NCBI GenBank assembly: GCA_964420205.1
Contig: CAYQSO010000002.1
Span: forward strand, 7,765 to 71,764
Source: an uncultured Candidatus Saccharibacteria bacterium
GTDB lineage: Bacteria; Patescibacteriota; Minisyncoccia; UBA6257; JAGOQP01
Direction of reading: 5' to 3'
DNA length: 64,000 bases
In this document: in pieces, positions 37,171 to 46,231 of the stretch
Layout of the letters: each line of letters starts with the position of its first letter
Numbering within the stretch: position 1 is the stretch's first letter
The notes under the pieces: model-generated
Database searches by the model: none
Told to the model about the DNA's origin: nothing
What the model saw: the letters and a program-made list of their open reading frames with translations, nothing else
Translations under genes and position numbers: made by a program

Positions 37171-37392
37171 CTATCTTCCTTTATCTATGCATCCTATATG
37201 TTTATTAATCAATGCTTTCACATAATCATCTTCTCTATTATCTTTCAATTCTATTATAATGTTATCTTCAAATACCTTAACAGAAAAATATTTTAAGTCT
37301 AAATCAGCTATTAAATCTTTTAAGTTATCTTTAAAATCATCATGACCTAAATATTCAGAAGCACCTGAGTAAGCATTGAAAACTCTCCCCAT
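37171..37392 (-). CDS. hypothetical small protein
   Basis: 73-aa ORF. Confidence 0.25.
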   Translation of the reverse strand: MGRVFNAYSGASEYLGHDDFKDNLKDLIADLDLKYFSVKVFEDNIIIELKDNREDDYVKALINKHIGCIDKGR

Positions 37393-37664
37393 TATAAACT
37401 ACTTTCTACCTCCATAAATAATTTGCTTACGAAATAATCTAAAGAATTATATGTAATTTTAATATCTTTTATCATAATTTGAACAGGTTTTAAATCGTTA
37501 ATATATTTCAATAAATGCGATATATCATCATAATGAGTTGAATCTAGTTGAACTAATAAACTTATACAAGCTACTCCTGTCTTTTTAACAAACACTCTTT
37601 TTACAGATGGCCTTCTTTTTAATTCCTCTATCAAATATTCCTCACTTCCAAATTTAGACATCAC
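37392..37664 (-). CDS. hypothetical small protein
   Basis: 90-aa ORF, coupled to the ACP-like gene. Confidence 0.25.
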   Translation of the reverse strand: MMSKFGSEEYLIEELKRRPSVKRVFVKKTGVACISLLVQLDSTHYDDISHLLKYINDLKPVQIMIKDIKITYNSLDYFVSKLFMEVESSL

Positions 37665-38047
37665 ACCTTACCCACTAATATTTCGTAAATATCTCTAACA
37701 ATATATATGTCATCCCATTCTTCATCTGTAATTTCAATATTAAACTCATCTTCTAAAGCCATCACTAGCTCAACTTCATCTAAATAGTCTAAGGATAGAT
37801 CTTCATAAATATTAGAATCTATATCTATTACTATATCACTCCCTCTTAAATAAGTAAAGTACTTATAAAGAACATCATAAATTTTATTTAATACATCATT
37901 ATCTAAGGAATCTTCTCTATCATTTTTATAATAATTCTGATAGTAATAATAAACATCGTAACATTCTTCATATCTTGTAATATAATCGGAATAACTATGT
38001 ATTAATTTAATAAGTTGTTCTTTATTTAGTTTTTTAAGGTCTAACAC
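37661..38047 (-). CDS. acyl-carrier-protein-like protein (ACP helix-II look-alike; canonical phosphopantetheine Ser replaced by Tyr)
   Basis: C-terminal [25 protein letters not shown] aligns with E. coli ACP [25 protein letters not shown], but the DSL serine position is Tyr (DYL). Verified by manual back-translation. Confidence 0.5.
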   Translation of the reverse strand: [128 protein letters not shown]

Positions 38048-38268
38048 TAAGACTCTCCATATCTTCTGTAAGCTTCTGATTTAGGGTCAAATACCCCTTC
38101 GGATTCTAAATAAACCAATTTAACACACCCTAATTCCATACCAACGTCTTCCTGTACATATAAGTCTCCTAAGTAAGGTGACTTTCCTAATTGCTGTGAT
38201 AAATAACCTATCCAATTAGTTTTATTTTCTTTGTACGTTTTAGGATGAACCTTTACTACAAATCCCAA
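38047..38268 (-). CDS. hypothetical small protein
   Basis: 73-aa ORF. Confidence 0.25.
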   Translation of the reverse strand: MGFVVKVHPKTYKENKTNWIGYLSQQLGKSPYLGDLYVQEDVGMELGCVKLVYLESEGVFDPKSEAYRRYGES

Positions 38269-38353
38269 ATTTATTTCTCCTTAAATAAAAATAGTTTACT
38301 ATTTATTAGAATAATAAACTACTTTTTATCTTGTGTCAATACGTAGATTTATT

Positions 38354-41300
38354 TTAGAGCGGTTTCGGTATTAAAGTAGTACGTGATTCATCATCTACCC
38401 ATTTAAAATCGAATATTTGTCCAAAACGATACCCCAGTCCAATTGTAGCTTTAATAGGCAAAGGCCAATCTGGTAAGCTAAAATACATTATATCTTCTAT
38501 TAACCTAGTGTATTCTACTATTTTATCTAAATCAACATAAAGGTTCACTTCGTCATGTATTGTCGAAAGAAAAGCACACTCTTTTTCTTTTTCGGATATA
38601 CTAAATATTTTCTGATACATCTTCTTAAGAACTATACGCATAATATCCCCCGCACTTCCCTGGATTATGTGGCTGCTGACTCTTCTCTCAGCAGCAGATA
38701 TCATATTATTTGACTCTCTTTCACCTTTCCTAGGGTCTTCTGCTTCTCTTTCTATCCTCTCAGCCATATTTACATATGACCCGAAGCGTCTGGGCCTCCC
38801 ACAGAACGTAAATGTAGTTCCGGCATTATTCCACATCTTATTTATTTCATTTTGTCTCCATTGCATAGCCCCAAAAAAAGCTTCACAATAGGCATCATAA
38901 AGAGCTGTTGCGTGTTCTAACGGGATTCCAGAATTCTTAGATATGGAATCAGAATGACCACTATAATTTATAGCAAAATTCACAGCCTTTGCTATTTTTC
39001 GTAGCCCCTTGTTATAATTTTCTCTACCCCATATAGCGTACGCTGTCGCAGTATGTGGATCAATACCTTCCCTGAAATTTGATAACTTTACACTATCTTT
39101 ACTGTAATTAGTAAGGAGAACGTCTTCCTGTGAACTGTAATCCACACTCAAAATAATCTTTTTCTTACTATTAACCTTTTTAAATGATGGAACTACTACA
39201 CAATTTCTAATATTAAAATTAGGGGAGAACCCTTCTACTAAATAACAGTCTTCTGAGTCAGTGTGGTTTTTAATGTCTTCATCAGACATTAAATCAAAAC
39301 ACCAACCTAATATATTACCCTCTTTCTCAGATTTGTATGCTTTATAAATCGCTCCTGACGGTTTACTAAGATTCTGCGCATTAAGATCTATATAATAGGG
39401 GTTCTTAGTCTTCTTATCACTCTTACTCCCATTACCACTTGCAAATCTCCCTGAAGCGGTCCCAAAAAGTTTATATCTCATCCTACACTCATCTACCTTA
39501 GTCAGTTTATCAATGTAACTATTGATAGCCTTATTCATAGTAGAGTACTTCTGTATCTTCTTTAAAATACTTAACTTTTCATTTTCTTTTTTAAGCATTA
39601 TTTTTAATATTTTTAAAAAATATTTTCTATTGAGAATTCTACTTCCTTTTTTAAGCGGAACTAGTTTCTTATTTTTATTCTTTCTTTTCGCTCTGCTCAA
39701 TACTCTTATAGTATTGTTATTCAACTGCATTACTTGGAAATAGTCACTCCCATGTGCTTCTAGTATTTTATATAAATAAAACATATCTACGTGTTCTCTT
39801 ATATGTAATTCTGAAGCACAAAATCCTTTTGTAAAATAACCTTCTTCATTCTTTTCTAATTTTTCTATAATACCTCGTAAATCTGTTAAATTCTTAGAAA
39901 ATATTCTTGTACCATCTTTTTTACCAAAAGAAATCTGATCTGTATCTGTCCTTGCCCCAGTATCTATATTCTTAGATGCCATAGCATTTTTAAACTCTTT
40001 AGAAGAGGTACTAAGGTTGAATATTCCTATATCAAAATAATTATATATTTCCTCCTTAAGCTGAGTTATTACTTCGATAGCTTTTTCTTTATATTTTTTA
40101 GCTTCTTCTTTATCTATATAAAGTTTAGTATGTCCATAATAATCAATCCAATACCTTATAAGAGTGTTGTCTGATTTTATAACGTCAAATTTTTTACCGT
40201 TAAACTCTACTATATTGGGGTAAGTACTTATTAGTTTTTTAACTTTCGGATATAAATAGTAAAAAAGTGCCAAGCAGCAACATGAGTCTGCACAATTACC
40301 CGAAACCAAGACTTTACCATTTCTTCTAGTTATTAAAGTGTGATTTGGTACTTCTGCACAATAAACCACCCCACTATATGGAACAATTTCTCTCTGGTAT
40401 TTCTTGTATCTAACACTTTTCTGTCTTTGTGTGTACACACTATAAATTTGGTGCACATTTTCTCTTTTTATTACACGTCCTCTAATAACACAGTCTTTTT
40501 TAGGTGGTGCTTTTAAAGTTAATATACTAGTCCTACCACCCAACATTAATAGCTCTTGTAACTGATTAGCCATTTTGATAGATGTAGTATAAAAAACCCA
40601 CGCTGAGTCAGTTTTTCTAGACCCATCACAATAATTAAAATATTTTAGAAACTCATTTATACAGTACGAATCCATTTTAAAAATTTCAGGTGGAATATAC
40701 TTTTTCTGAGCCTTACCTTCCATATAAGGTTTTATCCAATTATAAAACTTTTTATTATAACAAACCCAGCTATTCCCTTTTTCTCTTTTGTTAGGGCGAA
40801 ACCCCATATTAGTTTCCATTAACATATTTTCTAACTCTTTTTTGAATTTATCGCTACAAACAGCCAGCCCTATGTGATAACAAACTTGCTTGTCGCCTCT
40901 TTGAACAATCCAACCATCTGCCAACAACGCACCTGTTAATCTGGCTAATTGTACAGGGGTTAAATTAACATTCTTACTAAAATGAAAAGAATCCTTCCCA
41001 CTACCTTTCTTCTCTGTGGGAGCTTTATAACCGCTTTCTTCAACTAAAAGATCTTTTGCCTGTTTGAATACCCATTCTTTATGTTGTGCTCGCTTAACTA
41101 GCATATTATGGTTGGGGGTAACACAAAAATCAAGATGTTTACTTTTATAAGAAATCATCTCTCCTTTATATTCATACGCATATAACCTTAGAGGACGCTG
41201 GTACTCTAATTCATCTTTTTCCACATTTACAGTAGCTAAAAGGTCTTCTCCATTATAATCTTTCCACATTACCCAACCATTTTCAGTCAATACTTCAGTC

Positions 41301-42319
41301 TGATCATCGTGGCATGCATAAATAACTGTGCTCCTATCGTAGGGGCATACATACTTGAATTCACCCGGAAATTCTAACATAGTACGTCCTAGATACAATT
41401 TAGCACTTAACTTAAGTCCTGCCATTTTTGACTCCGCATCAAAAAGATACGGAAGTATCATAGAGTCAAAAAAGTTAACTTTTTCAATAGAATAACCTTC
41501 TTTCTTATACATATTAAGGTCAAATTCAGCATTATGGATTACTACTAACTTTGCACTTGTTAAAGCTTTATATAAAATATCAAGGGACTTTTTTGCACTT
41601 CTCTCATTTTCTTCTTCTGTTAAAACATAACTAGAAACTTCCATTTCAGATAAATGCTTTTCAAAGTCTCCTATCATACAGTCTATACTACCAAGTTTAG
41701 CTTCTACTACTTCTTTTTCTAAATCTTTAGAATTTTCAAGAAAGTTTTCTTTATCTTGTTTTAACCCATCTATTAATTTTTGCGTCTCTTCTCTTTGTCT
41801 CTGTAATTCTAATTGCTCCCTTACTTCTTTGCTACATATATTTCCATTATGTAATGAATACTCATACGTCTTTACCGTAGTCTGACTTACTCTTCCTGTT
41901 TTAGTATATACTACATTTCCTTCTTCATCTAATTTAGGAACTTTTTCTGAACCCACTTCTTTTTTTCGCATATGTCTCAAAGGGCAATAAATCCCCGAAT
42001 TGTCGTCCAGTGAAAGAGAGAACCCTACAATGTAATCACCACCTTCTTCTCGAGGTGAACTGTTCAGTCCAGTAGTTTCAGTGTCAAACCCGATTATCTT
42101 ATCTTTACAAAGTTCTACGAATTCTTCCAACTCTTCTAAAGTATTAACAAGTTTATAGTCCCCTAAATAAATAAGATTCCCTTCCTCATCGTATTTATGA
42201 AACTTATTATCAAACTCTCTATAACCATGTACAGGTATATATTTGTACAACGTTTTACTGCTTTTTTTCTTTTGTTCTACCTTTTGTTGAACATATTTTT
42301 TCTTATAATCTTTTGTCAT
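38354..42319 (-). CDS. family A DNA polymerase (3'-5' exo plus polymerase domains) precursor containing an intein
   Basis: Exo I IGFDTETTGL; polymerase motif A LSVDYSSQE, motif B RKIAKAVNFAINYS, motif C LSTIHDEVN. The likely true start is MTKDYKK, 12 codons inside the track ORF (which begins at 42355). Confidence 0.85.
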   Translation of the reverse strand: MTKDYKKKYVQQKVEQKKKSSKTLYKYIPVHGYREFDNKFHKYDEEGNLIYLGDYKLVNTLEELEEFVELCKDKIIGFDTETTGLNSSPREEGGDYIVGFSLSLDDNSGIYCPLRHMRKKEVGSEKVPKLDEEGNVVYTKTGRVSQTTVKTYEYSLHNGNICSKEVREQLELQRQREETQKLIDGLKQDKENFLENSKDLEKEVVEAKLGSIDCMIGDFEKHLSEMEVSSYVLTEEENERSAKKSLDILYKALTSAKLVVIHNAEFDLNMYKKEGYSIEKVNFFDSMILPYLFDAESKMAGLKLSAKLYLGRTMLEFPGEFKYVCPYDRSTVIYACHDDQTEVLTENGWVMWKDYNGEDLLATVNVEKDELEYQRPLRLYAYEYKGEMISYKSKHLDFCVTPNHNMLVKRAQHKEWVFKQAKDLLVEESGYKAPTEKKGSGKDSFHFSKNVNLTPVQLARLTGALLADGWIVQRGDKQVCYHIGLAVCSDKFKKELENMLMETNMGFRPNKREKGNSWVCYNKKFYNWIKPYMEGKAQKKYIPPEIFKMDSYCINEFLKYFNYCDGSRKTDSAWVFYTTSIKMANQLQELLMLGGRTSILTLKAPPKKDCVIRGRVIKRENVHQIYSVYTQRQKSVRYKKYQREIVPYSGVVYCAEVPNHTLITRRNGKVLVSGNCADSCCCLALFYYLYPKVKKLISTYPNIVEFNGKKFDVIKSDNTLIRYWIDYYGHTKLYIDKEEAKKYKEKAIEVITQLKEEIYNYFDIGIFNLSTSSKEFKNAMASKNIDTGARTDTDQISFGKKDGTRIFSKNLTDLRGIIEKLEKNEEGYFTKGFCASELHIREHVDMFYLYKILEAHGSDYFQVMQLNNNTIRVLSRAKRKNKNKKLVPLKKGSRILNRKYFLKILKIMLKKENEKLSILKKIQKYSTMNKAINSYIDKLTKVDECRMRYKLFGTASGRFASGNGSKSDKKTKNPYYIDLNAQNLSKPSGAIYKAYKSEKEGNILGWCFDLMSDEDIKNHTDSEDCYLVEGFSPNFNIRNCVVVPSFKKVNSKKKIILSVDYSSQEDVLLTNYSKDSVKLSNFREGIDPHTATAYAIWGRENYNKGLRKIAKAVNFAINYSGHSDSISKNSGIPLEHATALYDAYCEAFFGAMQWRQNEINKMWNNAGTTFTFCGRPRRFGSYVNMAERIEREAEDPRKGERESNNMISAAERRVSSHIIQGSAGDIMRIVLKKMYQKIFSISEKEKECAFLSTIHDEVNLYVDLDKIVEYTRLIEDIMYFSLPDWPLPIKATIGLGYRFGQIFDFKWVDDESRTTLIPKPL
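40295..41314 (-). mobile_element. intein in DNA polymerase (about 340 aa, LAGLIDADG type) inserted in the Exo III motif (YA|C..D)
   Basis: VIYA|CHDDQTEVLTENGW...LARLTGALLADGW...FLKYFNYCDGS...VPNHTLITRRNGKVLVSGN|CADSCCCLALFYYL; the extein junction restores the Y-x-x-x-D exo motif. Coordinates by residue counting (aa 348..687). Confidence 0.6.
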
Positions 42320-42644
42320 TATTAAAATTAACTCCTGTACTAGATAAACCAACATTAGTGAAATTAAAATCTTTGTACTTCCACCAATCTTTTTTCTTCA
42401 TCATCTTTTTAACTTTTCTTGGGTACTTATCCCACCTACAGTACTTCCCGATACCTAATATGTAATTAAATATTATTAATTTTACTCTATTTTCTATATT
42501 AGTTTGAATTTCTCCCACACATTCGCCATAGGGCTCTCTTACAGCAGAAGTAGCAGTATCTCTTGACTCACATAAATATTGAGACGATATTCCTGTTGCC
42601 ATAACAATGTCTTGTCTTAATTTATATAATCTCTCTTCTATCAT
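42303..42644 (-). CDS. hypothetical protein
   Basis: 113-aa ORF upstream of the polymerase. Confidence 0.3.
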   Translation of the reverse strand: MIEERLYKLRQDIVMATGISSQYLCESRDTATSAVREPYGECVGEIQTNIENRVKLIIFNYILGIGKYCRWDKYPRKVKKMMKKKDWWKYKDFNFTNVGLSSTGVNFNNDKRL

Positions 42645-43828
42645 CTATTAATTCTCTCTACTACTTCTCCTACACCTAAATTCATTAAATATTCCTGAGC
42701 TGTTGCAGGTAAAATCCTAATATCATCTCTTAACTCTTTTTCTAATATCTCACACTGCTCCTGTTCTAAAATATTTTTCGCCATATTATCTATTAAACAC
42801 CTTTTATCAATATCTTTTAACTCTAACTTTATATCCATCCTACCATCTCTTAAAAAGGCTCGGTCTAATTTATCAATATGATTAGTTGTGAAAAAACAAA
42901 TAAGACTTTCCGGTGTATTTATTCCGTCAAAAATATTCAAAAGATTTGACAATGATAACCTACTGTCACTATCATTACTATTATATACAATACTACCTTC
43001 CCCCCCACTATTTCCTCTACTCTTACTCAAACATCTCTCATGTACGTCTACTCCCGCTGCATCAATGTCCTCTATGAGAAATATTGTATTTTTATTACAA
43101 GCCAATATTCTCTGTAAATCATTAAAACTACCCATAGTTTCTAAATTAACTATACATATTTTAAAACCAAAATAAGAGGCCAGCGCCCATACTAATGAAG
43201 TTTTACCTGTCCCTGGAGTTCCATAAAATAAATAGTTTCTCTTATAAGAAATTCCTTTAGACCTATAGGATTGTTTACTGTCTAAAAAAGAACTTATATC
43301 TTTTATTAAAAAATCTTTATCTTTCTGCGAGAGAGCTATTGTATTTAAAGGTCTTTTACCCTTTAAAAACCTAGTATACCCTGAAATAACTACAACGTCA
43401 TCCTCATAAGCAGAATCATTAAACTGCGTTACCTCATCTAATATAGTACTAACATCTTTAAGGTTTCCGAAAAAAACTTTTATTGTAATAGAATCTATTA
43501 CTTTAAAACTTCCATTTTTATCTATTCTCTCTTTTCCCACAGAACAAAATTTCCCGTTGATATTATAAAGAGACTGGCCATATCCTACACCCAAAAAAGT
43601 TTTTTCTACTTCTTCATTTTCTTTTAATTGATAGGTATTACAAAATACTACCTTCTGTTGCCCCAACCACCCCTCTAACTTATTAAATAATTCTTCATTT
43701 ACAGAGTTATCTATAGTAATCTGTTTATAAACTAAATTACTTATTAAATCAAATAAACTAGTTACATGATTTTTTAAAGTAACGAATATTAACCCGCCTA
43801 TTCCTAATTCTATTCCTGATATAGTCAA
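42641..43828 (-). CDS. BCS1-like AAA+ ATPase
   Basis: Walker A LFYGTPGTGKTS, Walker B IFLIEDIDAAG, and LSNLLNIFDGINTPESLICFFTTNHIDKLDRAFLRDGRMD matching the BCS1 sensor and arginine-finger region. Confidence 0.75.
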   Translation of the reverse strand: MTISGIELGIGGLIFVTLKNHVTSLFDLISNLVYKQITIDNSVNEELFNKLEGWLGQQKVVFCNTYQLKENEEVEKTFLGVGYGQSLYNINGKFCSVGKERIDKNGSFKVIDSITIKVFFGNLKDVSTILDEVTQFNDSAYEDDVVVISGYTRFLKGKRPLNTIALSQKDKDFLIKDISSFLDSKQSYRSKGISYKRNYLFYGTPGTGKTSLVWALASYFGFKICIVNLETMGSFNDLQRILACNKNTIFLIEDIDAAGVDVHERCLSKSRGNSGGEGSIVYNSNDSDSRLSLSNLLNIFDGINTPESLICFFTTNHIDKLDRAFLRDGRMDIKLELKDIDKRCLIDNMAKNILEQEQCEILEKELRDDIRILPATAQEYLMNLGVGEVVERINR

Positions 43829-43838
43829 TTTATAAAAC

Positions 43839-44054
43839 CTATATCTTTCCTGTTATGTATAAATGTAAACAATAACAATAATCACAAATAATTTTATTCT
43901 CTAATAAATAAGAAAATCCTTGAGGAAATTTTGTCCTACATTGTTCACATATTATTTCTGTATTAAACCATTCCTCATTTTCTTTTCTCATTTCTTCTAT
44001 ATCTGATTTAAACAACCTCACCATTCTACCACCATAACAGATGCCATAGTCCAA
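43839..44054 (-). CDS. hypothetical zinc-ribbon protein
   Basis: CEQCRTKF...CDYCYC; 71 aa. Confidence 0.3.
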   Translation of the reverse strand: MDYGICYGGRMVRLFKSDIEEMRKENEEWFNTEIICEQCRTKFPQGFSYLLENKIICDYCYCLHLYITGKI

Positions 44055-44118
44055 TTCTGTACTCTAAAACCTACTATATTACTCAGTAAAATTCTCTTCA
44101 GAAATTTTCCTAGCTTCT

Positions 44119-44856
44119 TTAGCCGTTAACATCTACGCACCCCATTTTTTCTTTACACATATAATATTCTCTTAGACAATTTCCACAATCCTTACACTTT
44201 ATAACTCCGTCACAATAATATACTAACTTATTCTTATAAATATCTTTTAGCTTATTAATATAATCTATTTTTAAACACCAGTAACTATTAGTAACCCGTT
44301 GCCTAAATTCATAATAATCTTTATAATCTTCAGGGCCTCTTTCATTATAATATGACATAAAAGTCAAGACTACCGGTATATTATTATCTGTATAATAATG
44401 TATCGCAGGTTCTACTACACTTTTTAAATTCCACATATTAACTCTAACCCTAACAAACATCAAATTACTTGGTACAGGACTTAATTTATGAAAAAATTTA
44501 TCTGTCATTTCCGCAGGGTTAACCGTTAATACCACAGGGGCTTTAAAACCCTCAATATCTCTTGGGATAGATGTATTATAAAAATAATCATCAAATTGCT
44601 CTGCCGTAGACATTACGAGTTCTCGTTGAATATTTGAGTCATTCCCGTCATTCATACGAACCACCTTTCCTTTAGTCATTTCTAACGATGGTATGTGTGG
44701 TAAATTTTCTGACAGCGGCTCTATATACGAACGTCCACTTTGAAAAAAACAATCTTTACATCCTACAGGACATTCACCCTCTTGTGGAATACATTCTATT
44801 ATTCCACTGCCTATTAACTTAGGATTTCTTTTAAACACCTTACTACTCACTTTCAC
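44119..44856 (-). CDS. Fe-S protein with radical-SAM-type CX3CX2C motif and second C-terminal Cys cluster
   Basis: ECPVGCKDCFF (C-x3-C-x2-C) at residues about 29..36; C-terminal CDGVIKCKDCGNC...C...C; 245 aa. No clear GGEP-like SAM motif seen. Confidence 0.35.
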   Translation of the reverse strand: MKVSSKVFKRNPKLIGSGIIECIPQEGECPVGCKDCFFQSGRSYIEPLSENLPHIPSLEMTKGKVVRMNDGNDSNIQRELVMSTAEQFDDYFYNTSIPRDIEGFKAPVVLTVNPAEMTDKFFHKLSPVPSNLMFVRVRVNMWNLKSVVEPAIHYYTDNNIPVVLTFMSYYNERGPEDYKDYYEFRQRVTNSYWCLKIDYINKLKDIYKNKLVYYCDGVIKCKDCGNCLREYYMCKEKMGCVDVNG

Positions 44857-45424
44857 AATTGTTATACTTAACTATATAATCATATAAATCTTCTATTGTC
44901 TTTATATTATTTACTACATAAAAACTATCATCTTTTGTTTTATACACAAAATCCTGAAATAAAGCTAACCCGTCTTCTCCAACACAACCTTCTAATGCTA
45001 CTTCAAACGAAAATAAAATACTCTCGTAAATTTCATCTGTATTTATAAATCCTGTGTCTTCTAATTTTTCTTTATCCTGTACATATTTTATATAATAATC
45101 ATAAATACGAATAAACTTCTTTTTAGATATATTTATGTTAGTATCCAAATAAACAATATCCCCACTCTCCACTAGGTAGTCATTTGAATTTATAAAATAG
45201 CCCGTAGTGCAGCCTGTATCTAACCTAGAATTTGGTTCATATCCAACCTCATAAAGCTTACACTTACCCTCTTCCCAAAAGTCCCCAACGTGTTTTTTAC
45301 ACACATGCCAATAATTAACAGAATAATTAAGACTACACTCATCCACTACCGTAAAATAAGCTGGACTCTCACACCGAACACCATCTTTACAGTAACAACA
45401 CTTAATTTCCTCTTCTTCACTCAT
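44843..45424 (-). CDS. hypothetical Cys-rich protein
   Basis: IKCCYCKDGVRCES plus further Cys and His residues; 193 aa. Confidence 0.3.
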   Translation of the reverse strand: MSEEEEIKCCYCKDGVRCESPAYFTVVDECSLNYSVNYWHVCKKHVGDFWEEGKCKLYEVGYEPNSRLDTGCTTGYFINSNDYLVESGDIVYLDTNINISKKKFIRIYDYYIKYVQDKEKLEDTGFINTDEIYESILFSFEVALEGCVGEDGLALFQDFVYKTKDDSFYVVNNIKTIEDLYDYIVKYNNCESE

Positions 45425-45429
45425 TCACT

Positions 45430-45897
45430 TCACCCACCCAAACTGTAAACTTTCTCTATATAATCTGACACATCTTCTTCACATTCTATATAAGTATTAT
45501 TTAAATACTCTATTTTCTTTTCTAACAGAGCAGAATCAATATTAATATATCCTTTTTGGAGTGCTTCATATAACGGTAAAATTTCTTCTTTATTCTTATT
45601 TTTTATTAAGTATTCATAAGGGTCTTCTTCCATTACCATTGTTACGTAATCGTATACAGAATAATTTCTTCTTGATGTCCAGCAGTGCAACTCTTGAATA
45701 TCTTTTTCATCGTTATAAAACATCTTAGAAGCAGGGGATCTTAAATTTTCCGAATACCCTTCTGCTGGATGAAACTTACAGTAAATGTTTCCTGTGTTAC
45801 TATCAACCCCATCATAATAAGAATCTAACTCTGCAAAAGTAAACAATCTTTCTACTATTACTCTTAATATTTTTTTATTGTTTTTTAACTGCTCCAT
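45430..45897 (-). CDS. hypothetical protein
   Basis: 155-aa ORF. Confidence 0.3.
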   Translation of the reverse strand: MEQLKNNKKILRVIVERLFTFAELDSYYDGVDSNTGNIYCKFHPAEGYSENLRSPASKMFYNDEKDIQELHCWTSRRNYSVYDYVTMVMEEDPYEYLIKNKNKEEILPLYEALQKGYINIDSALLEKKIEYLNNTYIECEEDVSDYIEKVYSLGG

Positions 45898-46231
45898 TTT
45901 ATATTCCTTTTTAAATTATATTTTTTTAAATATTCTTGTAATGAAATTTCTTTCCTGTACGGTATAGAGATTGGTCTAAACCAGCGTATTTTCCAATATT
46001 TTTCCACCGATCTTTGGAAAGAAATTTGTGACAAGCTCTCTCATAGTTTAACCCATATATTACCCGTTCCATTTGTTTTTCCGTGAAACTGTATCTTTGT
46101 TTTATGGTTTGTATAAATTCTTTAGTATAGTCTACACTCCCATAGACATTTTAATAAAATCATACCACTTAGGGCTATCAAATGGAACTAGTCTTGAAAA
46201 ATCTACAATAACAGTTGAATATTCATCTCTT

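Noticed and set aside
44119-44856. Considered annotating as QueE (7-carboxy-7-deazaguanine synthase) to complete a queuosine pathway with QueC
   Set aside because: Only the CX3CX2C motif is present; no recognisable SAM-binding GGEP-like motif or QueE-specific residues, and it is 40 kb from the QueC-like gene.
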